Below, one piece after another: positions 1 to 8,857 of a stretch of 64,000 nt of DNA. The notes beneath the pieces are model-generated. The model had not been told where the DNA came from and made no database searches. It saw only the letters and a program-made list of their open reading frames with translations. The stretch is from a plasmid: the NCBI RefSeq assembly GCF_054482525.1, contig NZ_JBTHVG010000004.1; one strand, 5' to 3'. The translations under genes were made by a program, and so were the position numbers. Positions within the stretch are counted from its first letter, which is position 1; each line of letters opens with the position of its first letter.

Positions 1-1
1 A

Positions 2-655
2 GAGCGCACGCTGGCAGTCCAGGCGGCACTCATGCAGCAGCCGGACAAATCTCTGGCACTGCTGGCATGGACGCTCTGCCTGAATGTGTTTGGCAGCGGG
101 GCGTACAGTAAACCAGCACAAATCAGCCTGGAATGTGAACATTACTCGCTGACCAGCGATGCGCCATCGGGGAAGGAAGGTGCCGCATTCATGGCGCTGA
201 TGGCAGAAAAAGCCCGTCTTGCTGCCCTGTTACCGGAGGGATGGTCACGGGACATGACGACATTCCTGTCACTCAGTCAGGAGGTGCTGTTATCCCTGCT
301 CAGCTTCTGCACTGCGTGCAGCATCCACGGTGTTCAGACCCGTGAGTATGGTCACACGTCACGCAGTCCGCTGGACTCGCTGGAAACCGCTATCGGCTTT
401 CACATGCGCGACTGGTGGCAGCCGACAAAAGCAAACTTCTTCGGACACCTGAAAAAGCCGCAGATTATCGCAGCCCTGAATGAGGCAGGACTGTCCGGTG
501 CCGCACGGGACGCGGAGAAGATGAAGAAAGGCGATGCCGCTGAACATGCAGAGTTCCATATGAAAGACAACCGCTGGGTGCCTGGCTGGATGTGTTCACC
601 ACGTCCACAGACGGATGCCACTGAACGCGCCGATAACCTGGCTGATGCCGCCTGA
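2..655 (+). CDS. 3' part of a leading-region protein (ParB-like family suspected); 5' end lies outside the window
   Basis: Reading frame is open from the window edge and in frame with ORF 32..655; sits immediately upstream of psiB. Family assignment is from memory of leading-region gene order only. Confidence 0.45.
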   Translation, partial: ERTLAVQAALMQQPDKSLALLAWTLCLNVFGSGAYSKPAQISLECEHYSLTSDAPSGKEGAAFMALMAEKARLAALLPEGWSRDMTTFLSLSQEVLLSLLSFCTACSIHGVQTREYGHTSRSPLDSLETAIGFHMRDWWQPTKANFFGHLKKPQIIAALNEAGLSGAARDAEKMKKGDAAEHAEFHMKDNRWVPGWMCSPRPQTDATERADNLADAA

Positions 656-706
656 TGAACAACCACACCGCCCCGCCGGAGACGGGGCGGCAGAGGGAGA
701 AATACG

Positions 707-1144
707 ATGATGAATACCGAACTGACACTGAATGCCCTGCAGTCCATGAATGCCCAGGAATATGAAGAAATCCGTGCTGCGGGAAGCGATATGCGCCGTA
801 ATCTCACTCACGAGGTGATGCGTGAAGTGGACGCACCAGCTAACTGGATGATGAACGGAGAGTATGGCAGCGAGTTCGGGGGCTTTTTCCCCGTCCAGGT
901 TCGTTTCACGCCAGCCCACGAACGTTTCCACCTGGCATTATGTTCGCCGGGAGACGTCTCTCAGCTCTGGATGCTGGTTCTGGTGAATGGTGGTGGACAG
1001 CCTTTCGCCGTCGTTCAGGTGCAACATATCTTCACGCCTGTCGCGATCAGTCACACGCTGGCGCTTGCCGCGACACTGGATGCGCAGGGATACAGTGTTA
1101 ACGACATCATCCATATCCTGATGGCAGAAGGAGGTCAGGCATGA
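707..1144 (+). CDS. psiB: PsiB, plasmid SOS-inhibition protein B
   Basis: 145 aa product with near full-length similarity to PsiB of F/IncI plasmids (TELTLNxLQxMNAQEYE...HILMAEGGQ); followed by psiA with a 4 bp overlap. Confidence 0.93.
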   Translation: MMNTELTLNALQSMNAQEYEEIRAAGSDMRRNLTHEVMREVDAPANWMMNGEYGSEFGGFFPVQVRFTPAHERFHLALCSPGDVSQLWMLVLVNGGGQPFAVVQVQHIFTPVAISHTLALAATLDAQGYSVNDIIHILMAEGGQA

Positions 1145-1860
1145 GCGCACGTTCACGGGCACTGATCCCCCTCAGCGCAGAACAACAGGCCGCCATGCAG
1201 GCGGTGGCTGTCACAGAACAACGTCGTCGTCAGGGACGCACACTTTCAGCATGGCCTTATGCCACCGCTTTCTTTCGCTGCCTGAATGGCAGTCGCCGGA
1301 TTTCGCTGACCGATCTCCGCTTTTTTGCCCCTGCGCTGACGAAGGAGGAATTTCATGGCAACCGTCTCCTGTGGCTGGCTGCCGTGGATAAACTGATTGA
1401 AAGTTTTGGGGAAGTCTGTGTTCTTCCCCTGCCATCCGATGCGGGGCACCGTCTGTTCCCGTCCGTGCCTTTTCGTGAAGGTGAGCGTCGTCGTCAGAAA
1501 ACCACGCTGACAGAGCAGAAATACAGCCGCCAGCGGGAACGTGAGGCAGAACGACGGGAACTGGAATACCAGACATGTTTTGCTCAGGCGCAGATTGACC
1601 TTGCGTTTCATACTCCCGCCACGGTCGGAAGCTGGTTGTCCCGCTGGTCTGGTGTTGTTGAGGAGCATGATCTGGAAACGATTTTCTGGGGGTGGTGCGG
1701 GCGTTTTCCGTCACTGTCATCATTTGACCGGTTTTTCTGGCAGGAGGAACCACTCTGGCGGCTGATTTTTGAAGCCGGTGAGGCCGGTCGTGGTGCACCG
1801 ATACAGGTACGTGCACTTGAGCAGTGGATGATCCCGAACAAGCTGGAGAACGTAATATGA
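1141..1860 (+). CDS. psiA: PsiA, plasmid SOS-inhibition protein A
   Basis: 239 aa ORF overlapping the psiB stop (ATGA); size and position match PsiA. Confidence 0.85.
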   Translation: MSARSRALIPLSAEQQAAMQAVAVTEQRRRQGRTLSAWPYATAFFRCLNGSRRISLTDLRFFAPALTKEEFHGNRLLWLAAVDKLIESFGEVCVLPLPSDAGHRLFPSVPFREGERRRQKTTLTEQKYSRQREREAERRELEYQTCFAQAQIDLAFHTPATVGSWLSRWSGVVEEHDLETIFWGWCGRFPSLSSFDRFFWQEEPLWRLIFEAGEAGRGAPIQVRALEQWMIPNKLENVI

Positions 1861-2453
1861 TGAAATCAGACGAAAAATACCAGGTTCCCGCGTGGATGCG
1901 ACCTCTGTTGCCGTTGCTCTGCAACACCGGGGGGAACGATCCGGAAGAACTGCTGAATGATACAGAAACCACTGCCAGTGCGAATGTTGTCCGTTATGTA
2001 CTGATAGTTGCTGTGCGGTCGCAGGTTGATCTGCTGCAGCTTCTGTACAGGAAAGGGCTGTTGCGCACAGAGATACCAGGTGGCTTTTCACCGGAAGAAG
2101 CGCAGGCACTCCTGGATAATCTGGTGCGCAGCCATATCAGCAAGGCGCTGTCGGGCGAGCGAATGGCAGCCCGTGACAGAAATGCCGATCTGGCCTGGAT
2201 TAGACAGCAACTGGTCGATGCCGCCTGGTTTGTCCGTGCCACACTGGAAGCGCATGGGATGAGCGTCGGAAATGAGAGTCCCCCTGCTCCGCCGGAGACA
2301 ATGCCGGACATACAGACACGGGAACTGGTGATGTTGATCAAGCGACTGGCATCATCGCTGAAAGCGGTGAAACCGGACAGTTGTGTGGTGCGTGAAGCGC
2401 AGGACTGGCTGCGCGACAGAAAACTTGTGGATATCACAGATATTCTCCGGTGA
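1857..2453 (+). CDS. leading-region hypothetical protein (about 198 aa)
   Basis: ATG at 1857 overlaps the psiA stop; the listed 1824 start lies inside psiA. No recognisable domain. Confidence 0.55.
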   Translation: MMKSDEKYQVPAWMRPLLPLLCNTGGNDPEELLNDTETTASANVVRYVLIVAVRSQVDLLQLLYRKGLLRTEIPGGFSPEEAQALLDNLVRSHISKALSGERMAARDRNADLAWIRQQLVDAAWFVRATLEAHGMSVGNESPPAPPETMPDIQTRELVMLIKRLASSLKAVKPDSCVVREAQDWLRDRKLVDITDILR

Positions 2454-2914
2454 ACCAGGCATGTATATTTTACGCAGGGACATGCCGGTCATGATCGTTT
2501 CGTTCCAGGGGTGGTCTGGAGATCATGCGGTGTGCTCCCTGCTCTCGCCGGAATAAGGACGTCGCCGCCGGCTCCGCTTTTACCCGGCCATGCGGGGCAT
2601 GGCCTTGTGGGTTTTCAGTTATGTGGCCTCAGCGTCGTGTGCGGGCTGTGCCGTGCCTCCATCGTAGCCGGGCTTCTGCGGGCGGGTTGCAAGGTAAGGT
2701 GAACCGCTGCGGTCACCCGGTCCCTCCTTCCCGTCCGCCGTGATTTTCCGGTCGTTCACCCGCTCAGATTTCGCGGTCTCACCCTCCAACTCCCGCCAGC
2801 CGTGTGCGTCAGGCTGCGGCTTCCCTTGCGCCCTTGCAACCCTGCAGGCCCGGCAAAGATGGAGGCACGGCACCGCCCGGTGTCGCAGAACATGTGACTA
2901 TGGAGGATTCGGGA

Positions 2915-3415
2915 ATGTCTGTTGTTGCACCTGCTGTATACGTTGGAACCTGGCACAAATACAACTGTGGAAGCATCGCCGGACGCTGGTTTGACCTGAC
3001 CACGTTTGATGATGAGCGCGACTTTTTCGCCGCCTGCCGTGCTCTTCACCAGGATGAAGCCGATCCTGAACTGATGTTTCAGGATTATGAGGGATTCCCG
3101 GGGAATATGGCCTCTGAATGCCATATCAACTGGGCCTGGGTTGAAGGCTTCCGCCAGGCACGGGATGAAGGCTGCGAAGAGGCTTATCGTCTCTGGGTGG
3201 AGGATACCGGTGAGACGGATTTTGACACCTTCCGCGATGCCTGGTGGGGCGAGGCTGACAGTGAGGAGGCTTTTGCGGTTGAGTTCGCCAGTGATACCGG
3301 CCTGCTGGCTGACGTGCCGGAGACGGTGGCGCTCTATTTTGACTATGAGGCGTATGCGCGGGATTTATTCCTGGACTCCTTCACCTTTATTGACGGTCAT
3401 GTGTTCCGTCGGTGA
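2915..3415 (+). CDS. ardA: ArdA antirestriction protein (type I restriction inhibitor, DNA mimic)
   Basis: 166 aa from the internal ATG at 2915 (MSVVAPAVYVGTWHKYNCGSIAGRWFDLTTFDDERDFF...), matching ArdA length and acidic composition; the longer 2804 start runs into a GC-rich leader. Confidence 0.9.
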   Translation: MSVVAPAVYVGTWHKYNCGSIAGRWFDLTTFDDERDFFAACRALHQDEADPELMFQDYEGFPGNMASECHINWAWVEGFRQARDEGCEEAYRLWVEDTGETDFDTFRDAWWGEADSEEAFAVEFASDTGLLADVPETVALYFDYEAYARDLFLDSFTFIDGHVFRR

Positions 3416-3770
3416 TTTACTCCCCCGCTCCGGCGGGGGTATGGCCTGCCAGGCCGCCGGAAAACCCTGGCAGGCTTACGCCTGCCTGAAATGCAGGAGG
3501 GCCGCGCCTGCGGCGCTGCCCTTCCTGCCCGTCATGGTGTGAGGCATTTTTCTGTTATGTCGTTTCTGTTGTTCTGATTTCCGGAGGCGGGGACACCTTC
3601 GGCTCCCGGCTGCCTGGCGGCATCCGGTCGTCAGGCCCGACTCCGACAGGCAGCTGCTGGCGCACCCGCCAGTCTCCGCCGAACCCGCTGGCGCGGTTTC
3701 GGGCTGCCGCTACGGTCCGATGTCTGAAAAACCAGGCTTGCAGCGACCGTTCCGGTCGCGCCGCCCCTGT

Positions 3771-4120
3771 CGCGCCGGAAACGGCGCTCCCTGCACACCT
3801 GACGGTGTGTAAGGCCACTGCGCCTGATGGCGCAGTCAACCCTTCCGCCGCCACCCCTGCGGCCTGTTTCCCGCTGTGGACTTTCCGGGGGCTGGAGTAA
3901 CCACATCCCGTTTCAGCAGTCCAGGGGAAGATATACCGTCCACAAAATTTTTAGCCATAAACCCGGCAAAAAATTTTGCGTCCGCCCCCGGACAGCTGCC
4001 CCGTGACGTGGTGACGGACGCCCCATCGGAAAGGTCCACTGCGGGGAGAAACCCCGAAGAAGTGGACGGCAGAAGGGGCTTTCGCCCCTCCGGGGAGCAA
4101 CCGGTCGGCCCGGCGACCTG
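3771..4120 (+). promoter_or_regulatory. Frpo/ssi-like structured repeat, copy 1 (putative single-strand promoter)
   Basis: About 350 bp non-coding block repeated at 6637..6990 with internal palindromes (CACACC-TGACG-GGTGTG; CTGCGCC-TGAT-GGCGCAG); ends about 20 bp before ORF 4144. Confidence 0.55.
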
Positions 4121-4143
4121 ATTCAGCAGAAGGAGACGTTTTC

Positions 4144-4578
4144 ATGACTGTCAGCAGCACGATTTCCGTTTTTTGCCGCGACGGGGTGTTCCGTACCGTT
4201 TACTGCCACCTGCACGGTGAGCCGACCTGGAACGGTCGCATCCTGCATACCCACTATGCCACCGGTCAGCAGGCCGAAGCCCTGGTTGAACACGGTGATA
4301 TCCGTTGCCTCGGTCCCCGTTGCGACAAACCCGCCGGGCATACGCTTCAGAACCCGGTGGACGGTGTGACGGCTTATTACGGACGTGACAGTGGTTTCCG
4401 GATGGACAGTGAGGCGCGTGAGTACCGTTCTTTCAGGGAGGCTATTGCCACTGAAAGCACTGAAGAGGTGCGCTTCCATTATGTGTTCATCGACGGCTAC
4501 TGGAAGGTGATGTACCGCACGCCGGAAGGCTGGAAGATGAAAGCGCTCGCGCTGGCACTGCGTCGCTGTCCGAAATGA
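4144..4578 (+). CDS. leading-region hypothetical protein (144 aa) downstream of ssi-like repeat
   Basis: Clean ORF with GGAG-type RBS (agaaggagacgttttcATG); no recognisable domain. Confidence 0.6.
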   Translation: MTVSSTISVFCRDGVFRTVYCHLHGEPTWNGRILHTHYATGQQAEALVEHGDIRCLGPRCDKPAGHTLQNPVDGVTAYYGRDSGFRMDSEAREYRSFREAIATESTEEVRFHYVFIDGYWKVMYRTPEGWKMKALALALRRCPK

Positions 4579-4670
4579 AAAAAGGCAGGGCGATAAACCC
4601 TGCCTCTCTCCGCCGGCGCTTCCCCGCCAGGAAGTCCGGCATCTCAATCACTATCTATGGAGATTATGCC

Positions 4671-4937
4671 ATGAGACCATCAATTATCTTCGCAACCGCC
4701 GAGTATGTAAAGCGTCTGCGTGAAGAGTGCCTGCGGGAGAATAAACCCCTGCACCGCCATACCCGCTTCAGACGTCAGGAGCTGGCACAGGATGAGATTA
4801 ACCCGGACGTCCTGGCGATGAGCGGCCATATCGCCAGACGCTGCAGTGAGCAGAAGCGGGTGCGTATCCCCGCTATGAAAGTCAGCGAATGGGGCCACCT
4901 GCTCCGCGCGCTTGAAATTGAGCGGGTCTGCCACTGA
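4671..4937 (+). CDS. hypothetical small protein (about 88 aa)
   Basis: ATG at 4671 preceded by ctatggagattatgcc; the listed 4575 start overlaps the previous gene end. Confidence 0.4.
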   Translation: MRPSIIFATAEYVKRLREECLRENKPLHRHTRFRRQELAQDEINPDVLAMSGHIARRCSEQKRVRIPAMKVSEWGHLLRALEIERVCH

Positions 4938-5001
4938 TTAACCCTTGCCGTCTGCCTGTGCAGGCGGCAGGATACGTTCAGACATCTCACCAGGAGGAAC
5001 C

Positions 5002-5892
5002 GTGAGTAAGAAGAAAACCACCACGACGCCCACGCCGCATGATGCCGCGTTCCGGTCGTTCCTGGCGAATCCCGACGTCGCCAGAGATTTTCTGGAACTG
5101 CATCTTCCGGCGGAGTACCGGCAGTTGTGCGACCTGTCCACGCTGAAGCTGGAACCCGCCACCTTTGTTGAGCCGGACCTGCATCAGTACGCCAGCGATA
5201 TCCTCTGGAGTGTGAAAACCACCGGGGGTGAAGACGGCTATGTTTATACGCTCATCGAGCACCAGAGCACCGAAAATCTGTACATGCCTTTCCGCATGTT
5301 ACGTTACAGTGTGGCGGCGATGCAGAGACATCTGGAGCAGCACAAAACGTTGCCACTGGTGATTCCTGTGCTGTTCTATCATGGTGAGCGCAGCCCGTAC
5401 CCGTACAGCATGAACTGGCTGGACTGTTTTGAGAATCCGGCACTTGCGGCTAAAATATACACAAAGCCGTTTCCGCTGGTTGATATCACTGTCGTTGATG
5501 ACAATGAAATCATGAACCATCGCCGGATGGCCGCACTGACGCTGCTGATGAAGCATATCCGCCATCGTGACATGATGGATCTGCTGGACAAACTCCCGCA
5601 GGTCATGGTGGAAATTTCAGACGAGCAGGTGCGTGTTCTGATTCATTACATCGTTAACGCAGGGGACTCTGTATCACCGGAATTTATGCGGGCGCTGGCT
5701 GAGCGTCTGCCGCAGCATGAGGATAAACTGATGACTATCGCAGAACGTCTTGAGCAAAAAGGTCGCCAGGAAGGAGCGCTTGAAAAAGCCCTGGCTATTG
5801 CGTGCCAGCTTCAGAAAATGGGGATGACGCCGGAGCAGATTAAGCAGGCTACCGGACTTTCCGAAGCTGAACTGAAAAAAATCATTCACTGA
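5002..5892 (+). CDS. Rpn-family (YhgA-like) PD-(D/E)XK recombination-promoting nuclease
   Basis: GTG start at 5002 with strong RBS (caggaggaac cGTG); product VSKKKTTTTPTPHDAAFRSFLANPDVARDFLELHLP... resembles E. coli Rpn proteins across the nuclease core and C-terminal domain. Confidence 0.75.
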   Translation: MSKKKTTTTPTPHDAAFRSFLANPDVARDFLELHLPAEYRQLCDLSTLKLEPATFVEPDLHQYASDILWSVKTTGGEDGYVYTLIEHQSTENLYMPFRMLRYSVAAMQRHLEQHKTLPLVIPVLFYHGERSPYPYSMNWLDCFENPALAAKIYTKPFPLVDITVVDDNEIMNHRRMAALTLLMKHIRHRDMMDLLDKLPQVMVEISDEQVRVLIHYIVNAGDSVSPEFMRALAERLPQHEDKLMTIAERLEQKGRQEGALEKALAIACQLQKMGMTPEQIKQATGLSEAELKKIIH

Positions 5893-5902
5893 TGAGAGCA
5901 TC

Positions 5903-5930
5903 ACAGCCCGGCAAAATGCCGGGCTTTTTT
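5903..5930 (+). terminator. rho-independent terminator after the Rpn gene
   Basis: cagcccggcaaaatgccgggc followed by a T-run. Confidence 0.6.
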
Positions 5931-5954
5931 GTCAGCAGGAGCAGAGAAAACAGT

Positions 5955-6149
5955 ATGACGCTTGCAGAACGTCTTATACAGAAAGGTTTCGACGAAGGTT
6001 TTAAAGAAGGTTTTAAGAAAGGTGCGCTTGAAGTGGCGCGGGAAGCAGCCTGCCGGCTGCGGGATATGGGCTGGACGCCGGAACGGATTCAGGAGGCGAC
6101 CGGACTTTCCGGTGAAGAACTGAAAAAGCTGTTTCCTGATGAGCAGTAG
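5955..6149 (+). CDS. stand-alone Rpn C-terminal-domain paralog (about 64 aa)
   Basis: MTLAERLIQKGFDEGFKEG...MGWTPERIQEATGLSGEELKKLF aligns with the last about 55 aa of the upstream Rpn (MTIAERLEQKGRQEGALEK...MGMTPEQIKQATGLSEAELKKII). Confidence 0.6.
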   Translation: MTLAERLIQKGFDEGFKEGFKKGALEVAREAACRLRDMGWTPERIQEATGLSGEELKKLFPDEQ

Positions 6150-6179
6150 CCTGACATTCTGCCAGGCTGTGAATCACGC

Positions 6180-6431
6180 TCACACATTCCCTGCCGTTTC
6201 CCCCAGTTCATTTTCCAGACGCCTGATGATATCTGCCTTGCGCATCCCCTGCATGTGAGGCAGCAGGTCACGGACTGAAAGTGCCTGGGTGGTCCTCCAG
6301 ACGGTGACGTCCACCTGTTCCGCATTTTCCCAGGCGTGCCATGTTCTCTGCGTCACGCCAAATTCTCTGGCCGCTTTTTCGCGTGACCATAGCATGCTTT
6401 TTCGCCAGATTCGCAGTTCCCAGCCGGTCAT
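6180..6431 (-). CDS. small helix-turn-helix DNA-binding protein (83 aa)
   Basis: REKAAREFGVTQRTWHAWENAE resembles an XRE/Cro-type HTH; palindromic sites lie in its upstream region. Confidence 0.5.
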   Translation of the reverse strand: MTGWELRIWRKSMLWSREKAAREFGVTQRTWHAWENAEQVDVTVWRTTQALSVRDLLPHMQGMRKADIIRRLENELGETAGNV

Positions 6432-6447
6432 AAAACACCTTTGAAAA

Positions 6448-6535
6448 AGTGAAAAAACTTCACTTTATTTTATCATCACAATTGCCAAATCAGCGCGATA
6501 AATAAGTGTAAAAAAGTGAAGAAATTTCACTTTTT
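6448..6535. promoter_or_regulatory. pair of 15 bp palindromes (GTGAAAAAACTTCAC and GTGAAGAAATTTCAC), putative operators
   Basis: Two near-identical inverted-repeat sites about 65 bp apart, immediately upstream of the minus-strand HTH gene. Confidence 0.35.
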
Positions 6536-6636
6536 TTGTTTGTAAGTGTCGTGCGGTTTTCTCTGTTTTCACCTGTGCGGGAGTGGTGTGCCAGTGACCA
6601 CCACATGCCATTGTTGTGCCGTCGTTTTTCTTCAGT

Positions 6637-6990
6637 CGCGCCGGATGCGGCGCTCCCTGCACACCTTACGGTGTGTAAGGCCACTGCGCCTGATGGCGCA
6701 GCTGTCTCTTGCCTGTCTGCCGCCGCACTGCGGCCTGTTCTCCGCAGACGGACTTTCCGGGGGTACATACACGACCACATCCCGTTTCAGTCGTCCAGGG
6801 GAGAGATGTACCAGCCACAAAACTTTTTGCCGCTGGCGTCAAAAACTTTTGCGTCTGCCCCCGGACAACTGCCCCGTGACGTGGTGAGCGTCCCCCGTCG
6901 GAAAGGTCCACTGCGGGGAAATACCCTAAGACCCGGACGGCAGAAGGAGCTTCGCTCCTCCGGGAAATGACCTGGCTGACCCGGCAGTCG
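6637..6990 (+). promoter_or_regulatory. Frpo/ssi-like structured repeat, copy 2
   Basis: Homologous to 3771..4120 over its whole length with scattered substitutions; ends about 20 bp before ORF 7012. Confidence 0.55.
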
Positions 6991-7011
6991 TGACGATGAG
7001 GAGACAATGTG

Positions 7012-7860
7012 ATGAATCAGACTTTACCCACTGCTGACCTGAATACTGCCGGCACGACAGATGTTATTCCGTCTGTGGCTATCGACCGCATCATCGCGCA
7101 GCGTAACGAAGGTATTGCACTATTCATGCAGGCGATGGAATGCCTGGCGACAGCGCGCAGGATTCTGCTCGATGCGTCAGGTGATATTTTTCTTTACGGG
7201 TTTGAAGACTGCGTGACTGATTCCGTTCGTCGCATGGATAAGCCGGAAGAAGCGAAAAGGAATATCACCCGTCTTGCCGACCGGAAAATCTGGGACCGCC
7301 TGATGACAGATACGGGCATGTACACCTTCATGAGTTCATGCCAGCGTGATGAGTGGAACAGCCAGCTGATGAGCGACACCTGTCCTGAAATCACCCTGGA
7401 CAATGTACTGGCAACATTCCGCCATCTTAATACCAGCAAGATGCAGACGTTTGAACAGGGACTGATTGATGTCTACCGGAAATTGTCATGGGATTACAGA
7501 ACCAATAATCCCTGCCGTCTGGGCAAGAAAATCATTATTGAAAACATGCTGTACCGCTGGAGTAACGGGCGTGTGACGCTGGACTGCAGCGGACGGGAGG
7601 CACTGGATGACCTGGTACGTCCTTTTTATCTGCTGGAGGGGCGAAACGTTCCTGACTTCCGGAGCAGCATCGGGGCGCAGTATGGTGAATTTCTCGGGAA
7701 CGGCGACAACGTCGGTAAGCTGTTAGAAGGGGAATATTTTACGGTGCGTGGCTACCAGAAAGGGACCGTACACATTGTCTTTAAGCGTCCTGACCTTGTT
7801 GAAAAACTGAATGATATTATTGCACGGCATTATCCTGGTGCATTGCCGCCACGAGTCTGA
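7012..7860 (+). CDS. leading-region hypothetical protein (about 282 aa) downstream of ssi-like repeat
   Basis: ATG at 7012 after GAGGAG RBS; long clean ORF; no domain assigned with confidence. Confidence 0.6.
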   Translation: MNQTLPTADLNTAGTTDVIPSVAIDRIIAQRNEGIALFMQAMECLATARRILLDASGDIFLYGFEDCVTDSVRRMDKPEEAKRNITRLADRKIWDRLMTDTGMYTFMSSCQRDEWNSQLMSDTCPEITLDNVLATFRHLNTSKMQTFEQGLIDVYRKLSWDYRTNNPCRLGKKIIIENMLYRWSNGRVTLDCSGREALDDLVRPFYLLEGRNVPDFRSSIGAQYGEFLGNGDNVGKLLEGEYFTVRGYQKGTVHIVFKRPDLVEKLNDIIARHYPGALPPRV

Positions 7861-7867
7861 TTAAACA

Positions 7868-7905
7868 GAAAAGCCCTGGTATTTATGCCGGGGCTTTTTT
7901 TTCTG
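7868..7905 (+). terminator. rho-independent terminator
   Basis: agccctggtatttatgccggggc followed by a T-run of 8. Confidence 0.6.
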
Positions 7906-7945
7906 TAATCATCATAATCTCAGAACACGATGTGACATTGTCACA

Positions 7946-8287
7946 TCAATTGTTGTTCATATCGATGCCATCTTTCCTGCCTGAATCTGTCTTTTTAGGT
8001 GCTGTTTTAGAGGAAGAACGGCGGGATGGTTTTTTCGATTCTGCTTCCCGAATAATGTCACGAAGTGCCTTCTCTCCTACTTCATACCCTGCATTTTTAA
8101 GCGTGTCACGAACATCTGCCAGTGTATAACCCTTTGTCCTTACCAGGACAATGATGTCATCACGAATGGCATCAAGAAAATCACGCAATGTTTTCCGTTG
8201 AGCGGTGAGGTCCGGCAATTCCGATAAGGCAGCTTTTGCCAGCTGGATGTCATCATCTGAGTAAAATTTTTTAGAAGCCATTGGCAC
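7946..8287 (-). CDS. hypothetical protein (113 aa) with basic Ser/Lys-rich C-terminus, adjacent to oriT
   Basis: Clean ORF; tail SKKPSRRSSSKTAPKKTDSGRK suggests nucleic-acid binding; no family assigned. Confidence 0.5.
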   Translation of the reverse strand: MPMASKKFYSDDDIQLAKAALSELPDLTAQRKTLRDFLDAIRDDIIVLVRTKGYTLADVRDTLKNAGYEVGEKALRDIIREAESKKPSRRSSSKTAPKKTDSGRKDGIDMNNN

Positions 8288-8289
8288 TT

Positions 8290-8514
8290 TCTCTCCGTTT
8301 CATGTTGAAGTCTGATTTTATCATCAAAAACTGACTCCTGGCAGGGCTGCGCCCTGCTTCTGCCGTCTGCATAAGACTATGATGCACAAAAATAACAGGC
8401 TATAATGGCCTGAAAAACGGGACAGGATGTGCAATTGTAATACCGTCACACGCGACGCTATTACAATTGCCATCTGGTCAGGGCTTCGCCCCGACACCCC
8501 GTAAGGAGCCTGAA
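8290..8514. other. oriT region (IncI1-type) with NikA-binding inverted repeat
   Basis: Intergenic region upstream of nikA containing the imperfect inverted repeat GCAATTGTAATA...TATTACAATTGC (about 8430..8470) and the palindrome CAGGGCTGCGCCCTG (about 8340). Confidence 0.65.
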
Positions 8515-8847
8515 GTGAGTGATAGTGCGGTAAGAAAGAAAAGTGAGGTACGGCAAAAGACAGTTGTCAGGACACTCAGATTCTCTCCTGTTGAGGATGA
8601 AACCATCAGGAAAAAAGCTGAAGATTCCGGACTTACTGTATCTGCTTACATCCGAAATGCAGCACTGAATAAGCGAATTAACTCCCGTACAGATGATGCT
8701 TTTCTGAAGGAGTTAATGAGACTGGGAAGGATGCAGAAGCATCTGTTTGTTCAGGGAAAAAGAACCGGTGACAAGGAATACGCAGAAGTGCTTGTTGCCA
8801 TAACCGAACTTACAAATACATTGCGTAAACAGTTAATGGAAGGTTGA
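8515..8847 (+). CDS. nikA: NikA relaxosome accessory protein (ribbon-helix-helix)
   Basis: 110 aa from a GTG start after AGGAG RBS (VSDSAVRKKSEVRQKTVVRTLRFSPVEDETIRKKAED...), matching R64 NikA; the upstream part of the listed ORF is oriT. Confidence 0.85.
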   Translation: MSDSAVRKKSEVRQKTVVRTLRFSPVEDETIRKKAEDSGLTVSAYIRNAALNKRINSRTDDAFLKELMRLGRMQKHLFVQGKRTGDKEYAEVLVAITELTNTLRKQLMEG

Positions 8848-8857
8848 GGATTCTCCG

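Noticed and set aside
359-931. Several overlapping minus-strand ORFs (359..559, 400..807, 465..728, 596..931) across psiB and its upstream gene
   Set aside because: They overlap well-supported plus-strand genes; GC-rich DNA produces long spurious antisense frames.
2511-2743. Short ORFs 2511..2702 and 2525..2743 in the region upstream of ardA
   Set aside because: No RBS context; they overlap each other inside a GC-rich non-coding leader and are more likely structural DNA/RNA than genes.
5002-5892. Insertion sequence carrying a transposase (Rpn proteins are often annotated transposase-like)
   Set aside because: No terminal inverted repeats or target-site duplication flank the gene; Rpn proteins are stand-alone nucleases.
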